26,523 bases of DNA. Source: Candidatus Parcubacteria bacterium. Its GTDB lineage: Bacteria; Patescibacteriota; Minisyncoccia; Phycocordibacterales; GCA-2747955. The stretch spans positions 1-26,523 of the forward strand of contig JALUMP010000114.1 in assembly GCA_027039745.1 (NCBI GenBank), given 5' to 3'. The notes beneath the pieces are model-generated. The model was not told the origin of the DNA and ran no database searches. It worked only from the letters and a program-made list of their open reading frames with translations. Position 1 is the first letter of the stretch. Every line of letters begins with the position of its first letter. Position numbers and translations under genes: made by a program. This document shows positions 20,046 through 26,523 of the stretch, piece by piece.

Positions 20046-20987
20046 ATGACAGAAAAAAAACATATTTTTGATTTAATAATCATAGGGGGAGGTCCTGCAG
20101 GAGTTACAGCAGGGGTTTATGCTGCAAGAAAAAAATTAAATACTTTGCTTATTACCAAAGATTTTGGTGGTCAAAGTATAGTTTCAGAATATATAGAAAA
20201 CTGAATAGGAGAAATAAAAATTTCAGGAAAAAAATTACAACAAAAATTAGAAACTCATATCAAACATTATCAATCTAAAGATTTCATTATCAAAGAATTT
20301 CAATATATAACAAACATATCTGAAATTAAAGATAATATTTTTACAATAACAACAAACACTAACACTCAATATTACACAAAATCAATTCTTATCACAACAG
20401 GAGCCAAACGCAGAAAAATAACTGTCCCAGGAGCTGATAAATTTGAACACAAAGGGCTTACTTACTGTGCCTCATGTGATGGGCCATTGTTTACAGATAA
20501 AGACGTTGTTGTAATCGGAGGTGGTAATTCTGGTTTTGAATCTGCTTCGCAATTAGCTGCTTATGCAAAATCTGTAACCATTTTACAACGCGATGAAAAA
20601 TTTAACGCAGAAGAAACAATGATTGATAATGTGCTTAATAAAAAAAATACTAAAGGAATATTAAATGCAGATATCTCGGGAATCTTTGGTAAAAAATTTG
20701 TTGAGGGAATCAAATATATTGACTTAAAAACACAAAAAGAACATGCCCTGGATGTAAAAGGTGTTTTTATAGAAATTGGGGCAATCCCAGCCACTGATTT
20801 TATATCTGAAAATCTTGTAAAAAAAGATACCTTTGGTCAAATAAAAATCAATCACAAAACAGGACAAACTTCAAAAAAAGGAATCTGAGCTGCTGGAGAC
20901 TGCACAGATTCTCTATACAAACAGAACTCAATCGCTATGGGTGACGCAACTAAGGCTATAGAAGATTTATATCATTATTTAAAATAA
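20046..20987 (+). CDS. trxB: Thioredoxin-disulfide reductase (TrxB/AhpF C-terminal-like), 313 aa (table 4)
   Basis: IIIGGGPAG (FAD), IEN[TGA 20202]IG, ITTGAKRR, YCASCDG (redox CxxC), VVIGGGNSG (NADPH), KGI[TGA 20886]AAGDCTD; TAA 20985-20987. Confidence 0.93.
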
Positions 20988-21001
20988 CTTTTTCCTAAAA
21001 T

Positions 21002-21029
21002 AAAAAACGACAAAATATTGTTGTTTTTT
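21002..21029. terminator. Probable bidirectional intrinsic terminator
   Basis: AAAAAACGACAA-AATA-TTGTTGTTTTTT (one G.T pair) between convergent trxB and the second pilus ATPase. Confidence 0.65.
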
Positions 21030-22717
21030 TATAAATCAATAACCCTATTAAGCTCTTCAAAAGATGTTTGTCCTTTTAAAACCTTAATTATACCATCCTG
21101 CCTCAATGTTAAAATACCTTGATGTCTTGATCCTGCGACAAGCTCTCTTGATGTAGGTCTTGTTTTTAATAATTGTTCAATTTTATCATCCATTAAAATA
21201 CCCTCTACAATTGCAACCCTTCCTTTATAACCAGTATTATTACATTTTTCACAACCATTTGCTTTATATATATCATATTCTTGACCTTTATCTAAATATC
21301 TTTCTTTGTTTTTTATACTTCCAAAAATATCTTTGATTATTTTTTCTTGTTTTTTATTTTTTTCTTTCCTAAAATCAACTGGAATTTTACAAACAGGACA
21401 TAATTTTCTAACCAACCTTTGAGCAACAACCATATTAACAGCTGTTGCTAAAATTCTAGGGTCAATTTCTAAATCTAAAAACCTAGGAAAAGCTCCAGCT
21501 GCAGAGTTTGTATGCAATGTAGACAATACCAAATGCCCTGTTAATGCAGAGTTAACAGCCACAGAAGCTGTTTCTTTGTCCCTTATCTCTCCAATCATAA
21601 TAACATCAGGATCTTGCCTTAATGCTGAACGCAATCCAGATAAAAACGTATAACCTTTTTCTTTATTTACTTGTGTTTGTGTAACACCTTCTACATGATA
21701 TTCTATCGGGTCCTCAATAGTAATAATTTTTATATCTGTAGATATTTTTTTTCTCAATAACGCAAATAAAGTTGTAGACTTACCAGAACCAGTCGGACCA
21801 GTATTTATAATCATACCGTTTGGTTTACTTATCTCATTTTTTAAAATATCTAAAAAATATGGCAACATACCTAATTCCTCTAAAGGAACAGATATAGATG
21901 ACGGATCTAAAATCCTCATAACAATAGACTCCCCGTATGCACTAGGTAAAGTCGATGTTCTTATCTCAATATCTTTATCTGCCAACTTAATTGTAAATCT
22001 TCCATCTTGAGCATTATTTTTAATATTAATCTTTAACCCAGCAGTTAATTTGATCCTAGATAAAATTCTTCCATATGTATTTAAATTAATTTTAATTACT
22101 TCTACCAAAATACCATCAATCCTAAAACGTATAATTGTATCGCTCTCGGATGGTTCAATATGCACATCTGATGCACCAATGGCATAAGCTGAATACAAAG
22201 CTAATTCTATCAGTTTTGAAACCATATAAGCTTTTTTTGACTCTGAAGCATTTTTTAATAACCCACGAACATCAGAAATAGTTTTTATTTGTTTCAAAAC
22301 ATCTTGAATATCATCAGACGAAATATCTATTACTCCTTTTTTTGTTTTAACGGCATAAGAAATATCACCATAACGTGACCATGCTTTTTGAATAGAACGC
22401 TTAGAGACCATATATAACTCTACCTCATATTTTTTTGTTTCAAGACGCTTTATTTCCTCTTGCACAAAATCTGGTAATGGCGACAATACAGCTAAAAATA
22501 ACTTCCTACCTACTAGATTAAAAGCTGCCATACCATGAGCCCTTGCTCTATCTTCTGGAATAACTCTCAAAGCATCTGTATTTATTGGAACTAATGATAA
22601 ATCAATATATTGAACTCCATATTTTTTAGAATATACTTCAACCATCAACTCCTCACTCTGTTGTCTTAATTTTTGCAGTTTCTGAACATGTTTTGCTGTT
22701 TTAAATTTTATAGGCAT
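21029..22717 (-). CDS. pilB: Type IV pilus assembly ATPase (PilB/GspE family), copy 2, 562 aa, with Zn-binding tetracysteine
   Basis: ASDVHIEP, QDGRF, GPTGSGKSTTL, ITIEDPIE, LRQDPDVIMIGEIRD, GHLVLSTLHTN, LCPVC...CEKCNNTGYKGR. Confidence 0.93.
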   Translation of the reverse strand: MPIKFKTAKHVQKLQKLRQQSEELMVEVYSKKYGVQYIDLSLVPINTDALRVIPEDRARAHGMAAFNLVGRKLFLAVLSPLPDFVQEEIKRLETKKYEVELYMVSKRSIQKAWSRYGDISYAVKTKKGVIDISSDDIQDVLKQIKTISDVRGLLKNASESKKAYMVSKLIELALYSAYAIGASDVHIEPSESDTIIRFRIDGILVEVIKINLNTYGRILSRIKLTAGLKINIKNNAQDGRFTIKLADKDIEIRTSTLPSAYGESIVMRILDPSSISVPLEELGMLPYFLDILKNEISKPNGMIINTGPTGSGKSTTLFALLRKKISTDIKIITIEDPIEYHVEGVTQTQVNKEKGYTFLSGLRSALRQDPDVIMIGEIRDKETASVAVNSALTGHLVLSTLHTNSAAGAFPRFLDLEIDPRILATAVNMVVAQRLVRKLCPVCKIPVDFRKEKNKKQEKIIKDIFGSIKNKERYLDKGQEYDIYKANGCEKCNNTGYKGRVAIVEGILMDDKIEQLLKTRPTSRELVAGSRHQGILTLRQDGIIKVLKGQTSFEELNRVIDL

Positions 22718-22736
22718 ATATTTTTATATAAAAATT

Positions 22737-24458
22737 TTATAATTTTAAAACTTCATCAAAAGTAGTTACTCCAGCAAGAGCTTTTAAAATTCCATCTTCT
22801 TTAAAAGTAATAAAACCATTTTTTCTAGCTATTGAATAAATAGACAAAGATGATGGATCAGTTAAAATTAATCTTCGAATTTTATCAGTCATTTCTAATA
22901 CCTCAAAAACAGCAATTCGCCCCTTAAGACCATTATCTCCCTCTTTTGTAACATTCTCTGTGGTATACATTTTTTTACCAGAAAATCTTTTTTGAATATC
23001 CGTTGATAAATCTTTTATACGATCCTGAACAAATAACTTAACTTCATCAGTCATTTCTCTTTCTTGTTTTGCGTCTGGTCTTATTTTTCTAATTAACCTT
23101 TGTCCAATAGACACTATCAATGTCGGACCTATCAGATAAGGTTCTACCCCCATATCAACAAGACGCTGAGGAACATCATACGATGTATTTGTATGAATAG
23201 TAGATAATACTAAATGTCCAGTTAAAGAAGCCTCTATAGCTAACTTAGCTGTTTCTTCATCACGAATCTCCCCAACCATAATAACATCAGGGTCCTGCCT
23301 TAAAATAGACCTTAATCCTGTAGAAAAAGTATATCCAATATCTGGTCTAACTTGAGATTGTGATACCCCAGGAACATTTAACTCAATCGGGTTTTCTAAT
23401 GAAACAACATTCTTTTCTACTTTATCAATTTCATTCAATAATGAATATAAAGTATTTGTTTTACCAGAACCAGTTGGACCACAAACTAATAAAATACCGT
23501 ATGTATGCGCAATTGCTTTATTTATTTTTTCTAAATTTTCTTCTGTAAAACCAAGATCTGTAATAGCTAATGCCCCACGATCTTGTTCTAGAAGCCTCAT
23601 CACAACCTTCTCACCATAAAAAGTTGGAAATGTAGAAACACGAAAGTCTATCTTTCTACCCAAAATTCTTTGAGAAAACCTACCATCTTGCGGTTTTCTT
23701 CTTTCGTCAATTTTAATAAATGCCATAATCTTTACACGAGCAACTACAGCTCTATGAATATTTTTTGGGAGAGATAAAGATTTTTTTAAAACACCATCTA
23801 TACGATATCTTACACTGATATTTTTATCTGAAACCTCTATATGAATATCAGAAGCATCTTGAGACGCAGCTCCTTTTATAATATTTGTAACAATTTTAGC
23901 AATTGGAGCATCTTCTCTAATAACATCAGCTTCATTTATATCTTTATCTTCGTTTTTTTGTAACTTCTGCATTTCACGCTCCTGAACCGAAGAATATTCT
24001 CCAAGAGCCTTAGAAACTTCTCCTTTTACTCCAGAATAACTAGATAAAATATAATCATAATGTGATTGAGAAATTAAAAATATATTATACGGCATTCCAG
24101 CTTTACTAGAAATAAATTGCAAAATTGTATTTGCTGTCATATCTCCAGGATCTAACATCCCAACATTTAAATATCCATCATCAATACCTAACGGAACAAT
24201 TTTATATCTTTTTACAGAATCTTCTGGAATATAATTTAAAACACTTTCGGGAACAGTTTTATTTTTATCAAATTCAGCAAAAGGAATATCTGAAAAAAAA
24301 TCTTTCTTTATTTTTACAATTTTTTCTTCTGGTATTCCAATACCTATTAAAGCCTGATCTAATGTTTTAGAAGTGGACTCCATTTCTTTTTTTACAGAAA
24401 AAGCCTCCTCTGGACTAATAATTTTATTCTCTATAAATTTATCTATTAATGATGACAT
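22737..24458 (-). CDS. pilB: Type IV pilus assembly ATPase (PilB/GspE family), copy 1, 573 aa, lacking tetracysteine motif
   Basis: ASDIHIE, RKPQDGRF, GPTGSGKTNTL, VSLENPIE, LRQDPDVIMVGEIRD, GHLVLSTIHTN; RLIRKIRPDAK...GLKGRIAVFE with no Cys pairs. Confidence 0.92.
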   Translation of the reverse strand: MSSLIDKFIENKIISPEEAFSVKKEMESTSKTLDQALIGIGIPEEKIVKIKKDFFSDIPFAEFDKNKTVPESVLNYIPEDSVKRYKIVPLGIDDGYLNVGMLDPGDMTANTILQFISSKAGMPYNIFLISQSHYDYILSSYSGVKGEVSKALGEYSSVQEREMQKLQKNEDKDINEADVIREDAPIAKIVTNIIKGAASQDASDIHIEVSDKNISVRYRIDGVLKKSLSLPKNIHRAVVARVKIMAFIKIDERRKPQDGRFSQRILGRKIDFRVSTFPTFYGEKVVMRLLEQDRGALAITDLGFTEENLEKINKAIAHTYGILLVCGPTGSGKTNTLYSLLNEIDKVEKNVVSLENPIELNVPGVSQSQVRPDIGYTFSTGLRSILRQDPDVIMVGEIRDEETAKLAIEASLTGHLVLSTIHTNTSYDVPQRLVDMGVEPYLIGPTLIVSIGQRLIRKIRPDAKQEREMTDEVKLFVQDRIKDLSTDIQKRFSGKKMYTTENVTKEGDNGLKGRIAVFEVLEMTDKIRRLILTDPSSLSIYSIARKNGFITFKEDGILKALAGVTTFDEVLKL

Positions 24459-24600
24459 AAAAAAATATTATACAAAAAATTATATAACATTTAAGATGAT
24501 ATTCCTAATTTTTTATAATTAAATACCTACTGACAACAAAAAATAAATACTATTTTCAAAAAAACAAAAGATACACTATAACACCTTACAACCATCTGTC

Positions 24601-25059
24601 CTATCCGGCTATGGTTTCTGGTATTGTATTTTCTTGCTTGTTTGAATCTACATTATTCTCTGGTATAGCTGTAATAGGTTCTCTATTATTAGAATCTAAA
24701 ACATTAGTAATAAAAGTGCCTTCAGTTACAGCAAATGGATTTGGTTTACCAACATCTTTTAATGGAATATCTTTTTCTGAAAAATCAATAAGATCTTGAA
24801 AAGATACTAAATTAGAACTACCTGTATTTTGTAAATTTTCAGTGAAAAAATCTGGATCAATGTTAATTTTTTCTAGCTCATTCAACGTTTTAATAATTTG
24901 CATTGCTTGCTCATCATAATTTTCATCAGTAACATTTTCTGTTATAGCCTCTTTTGGTTTATCCTGCATATAATTATAAGCAAAAGTAATAATAAACACA
25001 GCAACTATTATTATAATAATTTTATTTACATTTTTTTTGACTAATTTTAAAAAATTCAT
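24601..25059 (-). CDS. Hypothetical single-TM protein in pilus operon (PilP-position), 152 aa
   Basis: N-terminal TM, LNELEKINIDPDFF..FQDLIDFS..VGKPNPF; sits after pilO; TAG stop. Confidence 0.7.
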   Translation of the reverse strand: MNFLKLVKKNVNKIIIIIVAVFIITFAYNYMQDKPKEAITENVTDENYDEQAMQIIKTLNELEKINIDPDFFTENLQNTGSSNLVSFQDLIDFSEKDIPLKDVGKPNPFAVTEGTFITNVLDSNNREPITAIPENNVDSNKQENTIPETIAG

Positions 25060-25060
25060 A

Positions 25061-25645
25061 TTAATTATTTATTCAATACGTTCGAATTGATAATGTAAAC
25101 ATATAATTATCTCCCGTACTTTCTTCTCCTTGATTTTCTTGTAATCTTAAAGATAAATCAACAATGTCCACTAATCTTAATGATTTATGTAAATCATCTA
25201 AAAACTTTTGAAAATTTTGATAATTTGACACAAATGAAAAACTCAATACAACTGATGAATAATTAGTATCCTCTTTTATTTTTATTTTACCAACATCAAC
25301 TCCTTTTTTAACACTTTTAGAAGCATCACGAATCAATGTAATATCACTCATATTTCTAATATTGTTTTTCTTAGCAATCCTATCTATATCAACGATTAAT
25401 TCAATATTGTTAACATGGTCAGGAATAAATTTATTAATTTTTGTCAAATCAGATGATGAAATAGCTGTATATTGATCATTCAATTTTTGTTTTTTTTCAT
25501 TAATTTCATCTGCTTTATCAAATTTCTCTTGAAAAGCTACCTTTGTTTTTTGCAATTCTTTTATACCCTGATAATGTGGATCAATGTAAGTCAAAAAAGT
25601 CCCTACAGAAATTGCTATTAGAATAATTGGAAAAACTAAATTCAT
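25061..25645 (-). CDS. pilO: PilO-like type IV pilus assembly protein, 194 aa (table 4)
   Basis: N-terminal TM, coiled coil, KFIPDHVNNIELIVDIDRIA, YQNFQKFLDDLHKSLRLVDIVDLS, SIRTY[TGA 25073-25075]INN-TAA. Confidence 0.8.
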
Positions 25646-25651
25646 AATATT

Positions 25652-26245
25652 TTAATTATTATTACCACTACTACTAAACTCCCTAATACTTAAATCTTTT
25701 TTATCTACTTCAAATTCTAGATCAAAAGAAACCAACCCATCTTGTGTTCTAGAAATATTTGACATCACTAAATTTTTTATATTCTGATTTTTTCCATATG
25801 ATTTTGATTGTAAATACAAATCACTTAATGCTGGGGCTAACCCTTGTGCTGTTATTGCTAATACAGAATCACGTTCTTCTAAATTTAGTTCTGTCAAAAC
25901 TATATTTGTCTGTGTCTCTGCCTCTAAAAATCTAAAAATAGGTAATACATTATAATGATTATTTAATAATATATTTCCAGCCTGTATCCTTTTGTTCAAA
26001 TCAGAAAATTTTTTGATACTATCAATACTATAATCGTCTCTATTTTCTGTTAATTGTTTTGTAAATTCTTCATTTGTTTTTTCTATATCCATCTTTCACA
26101 AAGTAACTCCTACTGCCCCTATGATTGTTGACAAAAAAATCACTAAAGAAATTAAAAAAAATACATTTATCTTAAAACCTTTTTTCTTTTTCTTTTTACT
26201 AAGCGCCTGCTTAGGAATAAATGATGTGTTAATTATTTCTACCAT
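25652..26245 (-). CDS. PilN-like type IV pilus assembly protein, 197 aa (table 4)
   Basis: ATG 26245; NTSFIPKQAL motif, TM helix, VTL[TGA 26096-26098]KMDIEK, then ferredoxin-like core (IFRFLEAET..IVLTELNL..ITAQGLA..VSFDLEFEV); upstream of pilO. Confidence 0.75.
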
Positions 26246-26272
26246 TATTATATAATTATATACTAAAATTTT

Positions 26273-26523
26273 CTATATACCAGCAGCTGACCCTCCTGTT
26301 ATAGAATAAATTGGTAGCAAAACCGCAGCTAATAATAACCCTACCCCACCACCTAATGCCGTAATAATTATTGGTTCTAACAACGCGACCATAGCACTTA
26401 CTGCTGCCATAACCTCTTTTTCATAAAAGTCAGCCATGGTTTTTAAAATAGTAGCCAATTGACCAGATTCTTCTCCAACTTTTGTCATTTGAATAAATAA
26501 TTTAGGAAATTCGTCATGTTTAG
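26273..26523 (-). CDS. pilC: PilC/GspF inner-membrane platform protein, 5' partial
   Basis: FPKLFIQMTKVGEESGQLATILKTMADFYEKEV..LLEPIII..VLLPIYS is the T2SSF C-terminal signature; open to window edge; TAG stop. Confidence 0.92.
   Translation of the reverse strand, partial: KHDEFPKLFIQMTKVGEESGQLATILKTMADFYEKEVMAAVSAMVALLEPIIITALGGGVGLLLAAVLLPIYSITGGSAAGI

Noticed and set aside
20046-20987. Selenocysteine at TGA in the oxidoreductase
   Set aside because: The redox motif is CASC with TGT codons; both TGA are at Trp positions, and TGA read-through is window-wide.
1060-24799. Other short antisense/alternate-frame ORFs (1060, 2067, 2882, 7651, 8732, 10427, 11564, 12973, 14915, 17437, 20561, 23360, 24125, 24611)
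   Set aside because: All lie within confidently assigned genes in another frame or strand and look compositionally like shadows.
2-26245. Many genes appear split by premature stops (mass pseudogenisation or sequencing error)
   Set aside because: Every interruption is TGA, in frame, without frameshifts, in essential genes (tsaD, rpsF, pcrA) and at Trp positions.
2-26245. UGA = Gly (table 25, Gracilibacteria/Absconditabacteria)
   Set aside because: Conserved Gly motifs use GGN codons, and TGA maps to Trp in motifs such as IDW, GYW, YAWRG, AHWE and GIWAAGD.
2-26523. Mollicute origin, which would make table 4 unremarkable
   Set aside because: Type IV pilus genes, a peptidoglycan-binding domain, SIMPL, MoxR/DUF58 and Parcubacteria-like TsaD/S6/PilN signatures do not fit; phylogenetic confirmation is still needed.

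Overview
Very AT-rich (by eye <30% GC) chromosomal window. Gene content and protein signatures fit Patescibacteria/CPR, most like Parcubacteria (Paceibacteria/Minisyncoccia); this is inferred, not computed. The supplied ORF track is fragmented because the organism does not use table 11. I count 43 in-frame TGA codons in 20 genes, many at conserved Trp positions (DUF58 IDW, LamG GYW, PcrA YAWRG, TrxB ENWIG and GIWAAGD, TsaD ALW, Dus AHWE, Rel KWL). Every true gene end seen is TAA or TAG. So UGA = Trp (table 4), not the UGA = Gly (table 25) known from Gracilibacteria/Absconditabacteria. Re-read in table 4 the window is a dense, intact housekeeping region: DUF58, moxR, a LamG/cadherin/Ig/PG-binding surface protein, DUF167, dnaJ, BAX-inhibitor, tRNA-Gln, a GT-A-like gene, rpsR-ssb-rpsF (S6 fused to an acidic linker and HhH domain), tsaD, GNAT, dus, pcrA, SIMPL, holB-like, rel, an ABC solute-binding protein, tRNA-Tyr, trxB and a type IV pilus cluster. 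Secondary signals are promoter-like -10 boxes 6-9 nt before many start codons with no Shine-Dalgarno, structured intergenic repeats with tandem GA motifs, antisense and degenerate copies of tRNA 3' ends, an extended pre-tRNA-Gln stem, and an in-frame palindrome inside tsaD. All coordinates were counted by hand.
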